A DNA stretch of 64,000 nucleotides, taken from Eledone cirrhosa. Lineage: Eukaryota. The notes below the pieces were generated by a model, which was given only the letters and a program-made list of their open reading frames with translations, did no database searches and was not told where the DNA came from. The DNA lies in the NCBI GenBank assembly GCA_964016885.1, contig OZ024743.1, positions 339,140,001 to 339,204,000 of the forward strand, given 5' to 3'. Position numbers and translations under genes: made by a program. Shown here in pieces: positions 23,263-35,600 of the stretch (position 1 is the stretch's first letter; each line of letters starts with the position of its first letter).

Positions 23263-26200
23263 TTAGGTAAGGCGGGTCTTCTCTGTTACTGAGTACCGCC
23301 AAAGGTCTCGGTCCAGTGACATTGTCTTGGAGAGGTGTAAGTGTGTGATGTCGGAGTTTATCAGCTCGTCCCAGGTTTTTCTAGGTCTGCCTATTCCGTG
23401 ACTACCGTCTATCTTTATTGCCCTGCACTTTGTTATACAGCTATCGACTTTCATGCGCATCACGTGTCCATACCAACGTAGCCTTCTCTCGAGTAAACAA
23501 CATCTGATCCCTCTTATCTCTAATTTTTTCCTTAGTTCGTTTATGCTTTGCCGTTCACGTATATTACTGTTACACATCCAGCGGAGCATGCAAGCTTCGT
23601 TCCTCTCTAGTCTGCGTATATCCTCTGCACACAATGCCCAGGTCTCACTGCCATGCAGCATTGCTGTTCGTATGCAGGCATCGTACAACCTGCCTTTCAT
23701 TTTTAGTGAGAACCCTTTAGCAGCTAATAGTGGTATAAGCTCTCTGAACTTTTTCCAACCAGTTCTGACTCTAGCTACAGTACTTTCAGAGCACCCTCCC
23801 CCACTGCTGATTTTATCGCCCAGGTAACGGAAGCTGTCCACTATTTCTATAGAACCCTCTGCGCAATTGAAAGAGCTAGTAGTTTGTGGGCACTTGCTGC
23901 TACTTATTGCACCAGAGCACCGGCCACATGTAAAATTTATGTTCTTAGTTAGCTTACCTGTGATCCCACTACATCTTTTATGCACCCATACTTTGCATTT
24001 AGGACATAAAATGGAGTTTCTACCTACGCCTTTCCTACACACCGAGCACGACCATTTCCCAGAAGGGACCGCCGCCTTGTTTTCTTTCCTACAAACTAGT
24101 ACTTTGGTCTTAGCCAGGTTAATTTTAAGTCCTTTTGACTCTAGGCCGTGCTTCCATGTTTGGAATTTCTTCTCTAGCTCGGCCATTGATTCCGCTATGA
24201 GTGTCAGGTCGTCTGCGTATAGGAGTTCCCATGGGCAGCCTGTCTTGAACTCCTCTGTTATAGCCTGAAGGGCAATAATAAATAGTAGTGGACTGAGAAC
24301 AGAGCCCTGATGGACGCCAACTTTTACGCTAAACTCTTCACTATATTCGTTGTTAATTCTAACCTTGCTGACTGTTTCTTTATACATGGCTTGTATAGCC
24401 CTCACAAGCCATTCGTCAACGCCTAGTTTTCTAAGAGCCCACCAGATAATGGAGCGGGGGACTCTGTCGAAGGCTTTCTCCAAGTCGACAAAAGCTAAGT
24501 AGAGGGGTTTACCTTTAGCTAGGTACTTCTCCTGTAGTTGCCGTACTATGAAAAGAGCGTCTGTGGTACTTTTGCCTGACACAAACCCGAACTGCATTTC
24601 ATCTAGGTCAATTCTCTCTCTGATTAGTTGCGCTATTACTTTTCCGTGACCTTCATGACCTGGTCGATTAATTTAATGCCTCTATAGTTACTCCTATCTA
24701 GGGCGTCTCCTTTACCCTTATAACAGTTAACGATGATGCTGCTATGCCAGTCCTTCGGAACAACCCCATTCTGTACGACTTGGTTAACTATGCGGGTGAC
24801 CATGGTGTGTCCCACCGTGCCAGATGCCTTCAGCATCTCAGCAACTATTTCCGAAGGCCCAGCCGCCTTACCAGTCTTCATATCCTTGATTGCCTTACTT
24901 ATTATACTCCCCTCGACTAACACTGCTGGTCCCTCTATTGGGTCGATATGGGGGAGACTGCCTTTCTCCCAATTATTCTCCTCATTTAGTAGCCTTTCAT
25001 AGTGACACTTCCAAGCTACCTTCTTATCAGAGTCGGTGATGGCAAGTGTGCCATCGTCGTTTAGTACACACTTCTCCCCGACAATATCACGGTTTTCCTT
25101 GACGCATTGCCTAGCAATCCTGAACACCTCACGTTTTTGGTCATCGCGTTGTAGAACATGCTTGAACTTTCTTTCCTCAGCTTCCCTTCTTGCTAAGTAC
25201 ACTTGTCTCCTAGCTTCCCTCCTGGCCACTTGATAGTCCTCTCTACTTCCCCCATCCCGCCATACTTTCCAAGCCTGCTTTTTGGCCTTAATTGACCCCT
25301 CCACCTTACTGTTCCACCACCATGTTACTCTCCTCCTGCCTACAGGCCTGCTCCAGCCACAGACCTCGTCTGTCGCCAACAGCAGGTTTGCTTTCAGAAA
25401 TTCCCACTCTCCCTCTATATTGTCCGACTCTAAATGTTCTTCCTTACTGTCGAAAGCATCAAGTAATATGCTTTGAAATTTATTCCTGGCTGTGGGGTCC
25501 TTTAGCTTCCATATTTTCCTCCTGAGGATAGTCCTCTTCTGTTGTCGAGTACGTCTCGTCCTGACTATGAGGTCGCTAATTATCAGTCTATGTTGGGAGG
25601 TGCATTCTTCATGGGGGAGGGATTTAGTGTTAACAACAGACACTCTGTCACGTCTTCTGGTAAGGATATAATCTACCTGGCTTGTGTGTTCCCCGGATCT
25701 ATAGGTGATCAGGTGATTGTCACGTTTTTTGAAGTTAGTGTTACAGATAGTTAGGTTATTTGCATCACAGAATTCCAGGATTCTGGCGCCTTCCTCATTT
25801 CTAGTACCAAACCCATAGCCTCCATGGATTTCGTCGTAGCCGTCACAATGTTGTCCAACGTGACCATTTAGGTCGCCTGCGATAATTATATAGTCACTGT
25901 CGGGTATTTGGGAGGGAGTTAGCATCAGTGTCTCATAGAATCTGTCTTTTATAGTGCCGGGCAGTCCGGATTGGGGTGCGTACGCAGATATTACTGTCAC
26001 CGTAGTTCTATTGAGGACAAGTCGTATTTTAATTATTCTGTCGTTCACTCTATTTACGTCTATTATCTTATCTGCCCACTTTTCTGCTACCATGATTCCT
26101 ACTCCACCCAGCCCATCGTCGTTTCCCACCCAGAAAAGCTTATAACATCGTTTTTTACCCTCAATGAACCTAGCAGACCCACCCCTCCACCTGGTCTCTT

Positions 26201-26432
26201 GAATACAACAAACATCGACCTCCTTACGTTCAAGCATTTCTACAACCTCGTTAGCGCGACCCTTTAGGGTGCCTACATTTATGGTACCAACTCTGAAGTT
26301 TTGGATTGCGTTTGGGGGTTGGGGGCGGTGAGGGGCGGGGGGCGATGGGGTTATGTTAGCCGTCCGCGGTCGAAACAATGAGGCGTGCTCGCATTCTCGC
26401 CCAAGAGGTGAATTTGTCTTTATCTTTGGCAT
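23263..26432 (-). CDS. RTE APE endonuclease-reverse transcriptase (~1056 aa once one frameshift at 24640-24643 is corrected), with internal PHD finger
   Basis: EN: VGTINVGTL, CCIQETRW, ISAYAPQ, IAGDLNGHVG, QVDYIL, SQHRLII. RT: KAAGPSEI, NYRGIKL, QFGF, AFVDLEKAFDRV, GVHQGSVLSPLLF, LLYADDL, FRYLG. RTE C-terminus: RRLRWYGHVMR, GRPRKTW. Adding one A joins KVTEK to VIAQLIRERIDLDEMQFGF. ATG at 26432 has A at -3. Confidence 0.92.
23917..24048 (-). other. PHD-type (C4HC3) zinc finger inserted in the RTE RT domain
   Basis: CSVC-x10-CPKC-KVWV-H-KR-C-x14-CGRC, located between KTKVL and FRYLG. Confidence 0.85.
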
Positions 26433-26556
26433 TGTCGCTGAGCGTCCAGATTTTTCTCTCTCACCTCCACTCTCCAGGATTCCGCAGTCCATCCATCCAT
26501 CATATATCGTATATCGAAAGGCAACCAGGCAAGCGATAGTATAGGCCTCTGGTTTC

Positions 26557-26642
26557 TGATTGGTCCGCGTAATAATACTGGTGATGCGTGGGGGCTCTGT
26601 TTTATGATTGGTCCACGTAATAGCAATGGTGGTGCGTGGGGG
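26557..26642 (-). promoter_or_regulatory. 48-bp direct duplication with two CCAAT (NF-Y-like) boxes upstream of the RTE ORF
   Basis: tgattggtccRcgtaata...tggtgRtgcgtggggg at 26557 and 26605; the minus strand reads GGACCAATCA twice. Confidence 0.55.
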
Positions 26643-26658
26643 TGGGAGGGGTGTTGGG

Positions 26659-29600
26659 TAGCTAGCAAGAAGGTAATGATTGAATGGGGTCCATGCATTT
26701 AACAAGCGATTAACAAAAATACAAAATTTGTTCTGTTAAATACGTCCAAAAACCTACGTATTTAGCAATTAATAGAAACAGAAAATGTAGTTTGTTTTAG
26801 CGATAGATTGGCTATTTGGACTTGATACGAAATATGGATTGTTTTGAAAATACGCTAGAATTAAGATTTGTGGAGGGAGAGAGATGAAGTCTGTACATTA
26901 CGTTTACATGAATATCGTGGTCAGCAAGCAATGAAATGAAATTTGGCGAAGTGAATTCCTATCATATATTTATATAGAGAGAGAGAGAGTGAGAGAGAGC
27001 GAGGGGAGGGGGCCACATGATGGCTGTGAGTGTTAGGCGTTTGACCGCCCCGTGCCTTCGAAGAAGGAAGAAGGAAAGGATTTTGTTTTTTTTGTTTTGA
27101 AGATACGCTAGAATTAGGGATTGAGGTTTGAAAATACGTTAGGAATTAAGGTTTGAAAATAGCTAGCAAGAAGGTAATGATTGAATGGGGTCCATGCATT
27201 TAACAAGCGATTAACAAAAATACAAAATTTGTTCTGTTAAATACGTCCAAAAACCTACGTATTTAGCAATTAATAGAAACAGAAAATGTAGTTTGTTTTA
27301 GCGATAGATTGGCTATTTGGACTTGATACGAAATATGGATTGTTTTGAAAATACGCTAGAATTAAGATTTGTGGAGGGAGAGAGATGAAGTCTGTACATT
27401 ACGTTTACATGAATATCGTGGTCAGCAAGCAATGAAATGAAATTTGGCGAAGTGAATTCATATCATATATTTATAGAGAGAGAGAGAGAGTGAGAGAGAG
27501 CGAGGGGAGGGGGCCACATGATGGCTGTGAGTGTTAGGCGTTTGACCGCCCCGTGCCTTCGAAGAAGGAAGAAGGAAAGGATTTTGTTTTTTTTGTTTTG
27601 AAAATACGTTAGGAATTAAGGTTTGAAAATAGCTAGCAAGAAGGTAATGATTGAATGGGGTCCATGCATTTAACAAGCGATTAACAAAAATACAAAATTT
27701 GTTCTGTTAAATACGTCCAAAAACCTATGTATTTAGCAATTAATAGAAACAGAAAATGTAGTTTGTTTTAGCGATAGATTTGAAGATACGCTAGAATTAG
27801 GGATTGAGGTTTGAAAATACGTTAGGAATTAAGGTTTGAAAATAGCTAGCAAGAAGGTAATGATTGAATGGGGTCCATGCATTTAACAAGCGATTAACAA
27901 AAATACAAAATTTGTTCTGTTAAATACGTCCAAAAACCTACGTATTTAGCAATTAATAGAAACAGAAAATGTAGTTTGTTTTAGCGATAGATTTGAAGAT
28001 ACGCTAGAATTAGGGATTGAGGTTTGAAAATACGTTAGGAATTAAGGTTTGAAAATAGCTAGCAAGAAGGTAATGATTGAATGGGGTCCATGCATTTAAC
28101 AAGCGATTAACAAAAATACAAAATTTGTTCTGTTAAATACGTCCAAAAACCTACGTATTTAGCAATTAATAGAAACAGAAAATGTAGTTTGTTTTAGCGA
28201 TAGATTGGCTATTTGGACTTGATACGAAATATGGATTGTTTTGAAAATACGCTAGAATTAAGATTTGTGGAGGGAGAGAGATGAAGTCTGTACATTACGT
28301 TTACATGAATATCGTGGTCAGCAAGCAATGAAATGAAATTTGGCGAAGTGAATTCCTATCATATATTTATAGAGAGAGAGAGAGAGTGAGAGAGAGCGAG
28401 GGGAGGGGGCCACATGATGGCTGTGAGTGTTAGGCGTTTGACCGCCCCGTGCCTTCGAAGAAGGAAGAAGGAAAGGATTTTGTTTTTTTTGTTTTGAAGA
28501 TACGCTAGAATTAGGGATTGAGGTTTGAAAATACGTTAGGAATTAAGGTTTGAAAATAGCTAGCAAGAAGGTAATGATTGAATGGGGTCCATGCATTTAA
28601 CAAGCGATTAACAAAAATACAAAATTTGTTCTGTTAAATACGTCCAAAAACCTACGTATTTAGCAATTAATAGAAACAGAAAATGTAGTTTGTTTTAGCG
28701 ATAGATTGGCTATTTGGACTTGATACGAAATATGGATTGTTTTGAAAATACGCTAGAATTAAGATTTGTGGAGGGAGAGAGATGAAGTCTGTACATTACG
28801 TTTACATGAATATCGTGGTCAGCAAGCAATGAAATGAAATTTGGCGAAGTGAATTCCTATCATATATTTATAGAGAGAGAGAGAGAGTGAGAGAGAGCGA
28901 GGGGAGGGGGCCACATGATGGCTGTGAGTGTTAGGCGTTTGACCGCCCCGTGCCTTCGAAGAAGGAAGAAGGAAAGGATTTTGTTTTTTTTGTTTTGAAG
29001 ATACGCTAGAATTAGGGATTGAGGTTTGAAAATACGTTAGGAATTAAGGTTTGAAAATAGCTAGCAAGAAGGTAATGATTGAATGGGGTCCATGCATTTA
29101 ACAAGCGATTAACAAAAATACAAAATTTGTTCTGTTAAATACGTCCAAAAACCTACGTATTTAGCAATTAATAGAAACAGAAAATGTAGTTTGTTTTAGC
29201 GATAGATTGGCTATTTGGACTTGATACGAAATATGGATTGTTTTGAAAATACGCTAGAATTAAGATTTGTGGAGGGAGAGAGATGAAGTCTGTACATTAC
29301 GTTTACATGAATATCGTGGTCAGCAAGCAATGAAATGAAATTTGGCGAAGTGAATTCATATCATATATTTATAGAGAGAGAGAGAGAGTGAGAGAGAGCG
29401 AGGGGAGGGGGCCACATGATGGCTGTGAGTGTTAGGCGTTTGACCGCCCCGTGCCTTCGAAGAAGGAAGAAGGAAAGGATTTTGTTTTTTTTTGTTTTGA
29501 AAATACGTTAGGAATTAAGGTTTGAAAATAGCTAGCAAGAAGGTAATGATTGAATGGGGTCCATGCATTTAACAAGCGATTAACAAAAATACAAAATTTG

Positions 29601-32600
29601 TTCTGTTAAATACGTCCAAAAACCTATGTATTTAGCAATTAATAGAAACAGAAAATGTAGTTTGTTTTAGCGATAGATTTGAAGATACGCTAGAATTAGG
29701 GATTGAGGTTTGAAAATACGTTAGGAATTAAGGTTTGAAAATAGCTAGCAAGAAGGTAATGATTGAATGGGGTCCATGCATTTAACAAGCGATTAACAAA
29801 AATACAAAATTTGTTCTGTTAAATACGTCCAAAAACCTACGTATTTAGCAATTAATAGAAACAGAAAATGTAGTTTGTTTTAGCGATAGATTTGAAGATA
29901 CGCTAGAATTAGGGATTGAGGTTTGAAAATACGTTAGGAATTAAGGTTTGAAAATAGCTAGCAAGAAGGTAATGATTGAATGGGGTCCATGCATTTAACA
30001 AGCGATTAACAAAAATACAAAATTTGTTCTGTTAAATACGTCCAAAAACCTACGTATTTAGCAATTAATAGAAACAGAAAATGTAGTTTGTTTTAGCGAT
30101 AGATTGGCTATTTGGACTTGATACGAAATATGGATTGTTTTGAAAATACGCTAGAATTAAGATTTGTGGAGGGAGAGAGATGAAGTCTGTACATTACGTT
30201 TACATGAATATCGTGGTCAGCAAGCAATGAAATGAAATTTGGCGAAGTGAATTCCTATCATATATTTATAGAGAGAGAGAGAGAGTGAGAGAGAGCGAGG
30301 GGAGGGGGCCACATGATGGCTGTGAGTGTTAGGCGTTTGACCGCCCCGTGCCTTCGAAGAAGGAAGAAGGAAAGGATTTTGTTTTTTTTGTTTTGAAGAT
30401 ACGCTAGAATTAGGGATTGAGGTTTGAAAATACGTTAGGAATTAAGGTTTGAAAATAGCTAGCAAGAAGGTAATGATTGAATGGGGTCCATGCATTTAAC
30501 AAGCGATTAACAAAAATACAAAATTTGTTCTGTTAAATACGTCCAAAAACCTACGTATTTAGCACTTAATAGAAACAGAAAATGTAGTTTGTTTTAGCGA
30601 TAGATTGGCTATTTGGACTTGATACGAAATATGGATTGTTTTGAAAATACGCTAGAATTAAGATTTGTGGAGGGAGAGAGATGAAGTCTGTACATTACGT
30701 TTACATGAATATCGTGGTCAGCAAGCAATGAAATGAAATTTGGCGAAGTGAATTCCTATCATATATTTATAGAGAGAGAGAGAGAGTGAGAGAGAGCGAG
30801 GGGAGGGGGCCACATGATGGCTGTGAGTGTTAGGCGTTTGACCGCCCCGTGCCTTCGAAGAAGGAAGAAGGAAAGGATTTTGTTTTTTTTGTTTTGAAGA
30901 TACGCTAGAATTAGGGATTGAGGTTTGAAAATACGTTAGGAATTAAGGTTTGAAAATAGCTAGCAAGAAGGTAATGATTGAATGGGGTCCATGCATTTAA
31001 CAAGCGATTAACAAAAATACAAAATTTGTTCTGTTAAATACGTCCAAAAACCTACGTATTTAGCAATTAATAGAAACAGAAAATGTAGTTTGTTTTAGCG
31101 ATAGATTGGCTATTTGGACTTGATACGAAATATGGATTGTTTTGAAAATACGCTAGAATTAAGATTTGTGGAGGGAGAGAGATGAAGTCTGTACATTACG
31201 TTTACATGAATATCGTGGTCAGCAAGCAATGAAATGAAATTTGGCGAAGTGAATTCATATCATATATTTATAGAGAGAGAGAGAGAGTGAGAGAGAGCGA
31301 GGGGAGGGGGCCACATGATGGCTGTGAGTGTTAGGCGTTTGACCGCCCCGTGCCTTCGAAGAAGGAAGAAGGAAAGGATTTTGTTTTTTTTGTTTTGAAA
31401 ATACGTTAGGAATTAAGGTTTGAAAATAGCTAGCAAGAAGGTAATGATTGAATGGGGTCCATGCATTTAACAAGCGATTAACAAAAATACAAAATTTGTT
31501 CTGTTAAATACGTCCAAAAACCTATGTATTTAGCAATTAATAGAAACAGAAAATGTAGTTTGTTTTAGCGATAGATTTGAAGATACGCTAGAATTAGGGA
31601 TTGAGGTTTGAAAATACGTTAGGAATTAAGGTTTGAAAATAGCTAGCAAGAAGGTAATGATTGAATGGGGTCCATGCATTTAACAAGCGATTAACAAAAA
31701 TACAAAATTTGTTCTGTTAAATACGTCCAAAAACCTACGTATTTAGCAATTAATAGAAACAGAAAATGTAGTTTGTTTTAGCGATAGATTTGAAGATACG
31801 CTAGAATTAGGGATTGAGGTTTGAAAATACGTTAGGAATTAAGGTTTGAAAATAGCTAGCAAGAAGGTAATGATTGAATGGGGTCCATGCATTTAACAAG
31901 CGATTAACAAAAATACAAAATTTGTTCTGTTAAATACGTCCAAAAACCTACGTATTTAGCAATTAATAGAAACAGAAAATGTAGTTTGTTTTAGCGATAG
32001 ATTGGCTATTTGGACTTGATACGAAATATGGATTGTTTTGAAAATACGCTAGAATTAAGATTTGTGGAGGGAGAGAGATGAAGTCTGTACATTACGTTTA
32101 CATGAATATCGTGGTCAGCAAGCAATGAAATGAAATTTGGCGAAGTGAATTCATATCATATATTTATAGAGAGAGAGAGAGAGTGAGAGAGAGCGAGGGG
32201 AGGGGGCCACATGATGGCTGTGAGTGTTAGGCGTTTGACCGCCCCGTGCCTTCGAAGAAGGAAGAAGGAAAGGATTTTGTTTTTTTTGTTTTGAAGATAC
32301 GCTAGAATTAGGGATTGAGGTTTGAAAATACGTTAGGAATTAAGGTTTGAAAATAGCTAGCAAGAAGGTAATGATTGAATGGGGTCCATGCATTTAACAA
32401 GCGATTAACAAAAATACAAAATTTGTTCTGTTAAATACGTCCAAAAACCTACGTATTTAGCAATTAATAGAAACAGAAAATGTAGTTTGTTTTAGCGATA
32501 GATTTGAAGATACGCTAGAATTAGGGATTGAGGTTTGAAAATACGTTAGGAATTAAGGTTTGAAAATAGCTAGCAAGAAGGTAATGATTGAATGGGGTCC

Positions 32601-35600
32601 ATGCATTTAACAAGCGATTAACAAAAATACAAAATTTGTTCTGTTAAATACGTCCAAAAACCTACGTATTTAGCAATTAATAGAAACAGAAAATGTAGTT
32701 TGTTTTAGCGATAGATTGGCTATTTGGACTTGATACGAAATATGGATTGTTTTGAAAATACGCTAGAATTAAGATTTGTGGAGGGAGAGAGATGAAGTCT
32801 GTACATTACGTTTACATGAATATCGTGGCCAGCAAGCAATGAAATGAAATTTGGCGAAGTGAATTCCTATCATATATTTATAGAGAGAGAGAGAGAGTGA
32901 GAGAGAGCGAGGGGAGGGGGCCACATGATGGCTGTGAGTGTTAGGCGTTTGACCGCCCCGTGCCTTCGAAGAAGGAAGAAGGAAAGGATTTTGTTTTTTT
33001 TGTTTTGAAGATACGCTAGAATTAGGGATTGAGGTTTGAAAATACGTTAGGAATTAAGGTTTGAAAATAGCTAGCAAGAAGGTAATGATTGAATGGGGTC
33101 CATGCATTTAACAAGCGATTAACAAAAATACAAAATTTGTTCTGTTAAATACGTCCAAAAACCTACGTATTTAGCAATTAATAGAAACAGAAAATGTAGT
33201 TTGTTTTAGCGATAGATTGGCTATTTGGACTTGATACGAAATATGGATTGTTTTGAAAATACGCTAGAATTAAGATTTGTGGAGGGAGAGAGATGAAGTC
33301 TGTACATTACGTTTACATGAATATCGTGGCCAGCAAGCAATGAAATGAAATTTGGCGAAGTGAATTCCTATCATATATTTATAGAGAGAGAGAGAGAGTG
33401 AGAGAGAGCGAGGGGAGGGGGCCACATGATGGCTGTGAGTGTTAGGCGTTTGACCGCCCCGTGCCTTCGAAGAAGGAAGAAGGAAAGGATTTTGTTTTTT
33501 TTGTTTTGAAGATACGCTAGAATTAGGGATTGAGGTTTGAAAATACGTTAGGAATTAAGGTTTGAAAATAGCTAGCAAGAAGGTAATGATTGAATGGGGT
33601 CCATGCATTTAACAAGCGATTAACAAAAATACAAAATTTGTTCTGTTAAATACGTCCAAAAACCTACGTATTTAGCAATTAATAGAAACAGAAAATGTAG
33701 TTTGTTTTAGCGATAGATTTGAAGATACGCTAGAATTAGGGATTGAGGTTTGAAAATACGTTAGGAATTAAGGTTTGAAAATAGCTAGCAAGAAGGTAAT
33801 GATTGAATGGGGTCCATGCATTTAACAAGCGATTAACAAAAATACAAAATTTGTTCTGTTAAATACGTCCAAAAACCTACGTATTTAGCAATTAATAGAA
33901 ACAGAAAATGTAGTTTGTTTTAGCGATAGATTTGAAGATACGCTAGAATTAGGGATTGAGGTTTGAAAATACGTTAGGAATTAAGGTTTGAAAATAGCTA
34001 GCAAGAAGGTAATGATTGAATGGGGTCCATGCATTTAACAAGCGATTAACAAAAATACAAAATTTGTTCTGTTAAATACGTCCAAAAACCTACGTATTTA
34101 GCAATTAATAGAAACAGAAAATGTAGTTTGTTTTAGCGATAGATTGGCTATTTGGACTTGATACGAAATATGGATTGTTTTGAAAATACGCTAGAATTAA
34201 GATTTGTGGAGGGAGAGAGATGAAGTCTGTACATTACGTTTACATGAATATCGTGGCCAGCAAGCAATGAAATGAAATTTGGCGAAGTGAATTCCTATCA
34301 TATATTTATAGAGAGAGAGAGAGAGTGAGAGAGAGCGAGGGGAGGGGGCCACATGATGGCTGTGAGTGTTAGGCGTTTGACCGCCCCGTGCCTTCGAAGA
34401 AGGAAGAAGGAAAGGATTTTGTTTTTTTTGTTTTGAAGATACGCTAGAATTAGGGATTGAGGTTTGAAAATACGTTAGGAATTAAGGTTTGAAAATAGCT
34501 AGCAAGAAGGTAATGATTGAATGGGGTCCATGCATTTAACAAGCGATTAACAAAAATACAAAATTTGTTCTGTTAAATACGTCCAAAAACCTACGTATTT
34601 AGCACTTAATAGAAACAGAAAATGTAGTTTGTTTTAGCGATAGATTGGCTATTTGGACTTGATACGAAATATGGATTGTTTTGAAAATACGCTAGAATTA
34701 AGATTTGTGGAGGGAGAGAGATGAAGTCTGTACATTACGTTTACATGAATATCGTGGTCAGCAAGCAATGAAATGAAATTTGGCGAAGTGAATTCCTATC
34801 ATATATTTATAGAGAGAGAGAGAGAGTGAGAGAGAGCGAGGGGAGGGGGCCACATGATGGCTGTGAGTGTTAGGCGTTTGACCGCCCCGTGCCTTCGAAG
34901 AAGGAAGAAGGAAAGGATTTTGTTTTTTTTGTTTTGAAGATACGCTAGAATTAGGGATTGAGGTTTGAAAATACGTTAGGAATTAAGGTTTGAAAATAGC
35001 TAGCAAGAAGGTAATGATTGAATGGGGTCCATGCATTTAACAAGCGATTAACAAAAATACAAAATTTGTTCTGTTAAATACGTCCAAAAACCTACGTATT
35101 TAGCAATTAATAGAAACAGAAAATGTAGTTTGTTTTAGCGATAGATTTGAAGATACGCTAGAATTAGGGATTGAGGTTTGAAAATACGTTAGGAATTAAG
35201 GTTTGAAAATAGCTAGCAAGAAGGTAATGATTGAATGGGGTCCATGCATTTAACAAGCGATTAACAAAAATACAAAATTTGTTCTGTTAAATACGTCCAA
35301 AAACCTACGTATTTAGCAATTAATAGAAACAGAAAATGTAGTTTGTTTTAGCGATAGATTGGCTATTTGGACTTGATACGAAATATGGATTGTTTTGAAA
35401 ATACGCTAGAATTAAGATTTGTGGAGGGAGAGAGATGAAGTCTGTACATTACGTTTACATGAATATCGTGGTCAGCAAGCAATGAAATGAAATTTGGCGA
35501 AGTGAATTCCTATCATATATTTATAGAGAGAGAGAGAGAGTGAGACAGAGCGAGGGGAGGGGGCCACATGATGGCTGTGAGTGTTAGGCGTTTGACCGCC

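Larger units (their letters stand above)
22870..26658 (-). mobile_element. Near full-length RTE-clade LINE with (TGA)n tail
   Basis: Single APE-RT ORF, ~390-bp 3' UTR ending ...ggacgttaaacgttgatgatgatgatga, and a ~225-bp 5' region abutting the satellite. Confidence 0.93.

Noticed and set aside
26433-26658. HDV-like ribozyme at the RTE 5' end (known in some RTEs)
   Set aside because: No nested double-pseudoknot pairing could be found by eye; a descriptor search would be needed to exclude it.
26433-26705. 91-codon in-frame extension of the RTE ORF beginning in the satellite (MLNAW...)
   Set aside because: Starts at TTG and crosses the satellite junction; no protein-like features. The ATG at 26432 is the plausible start.
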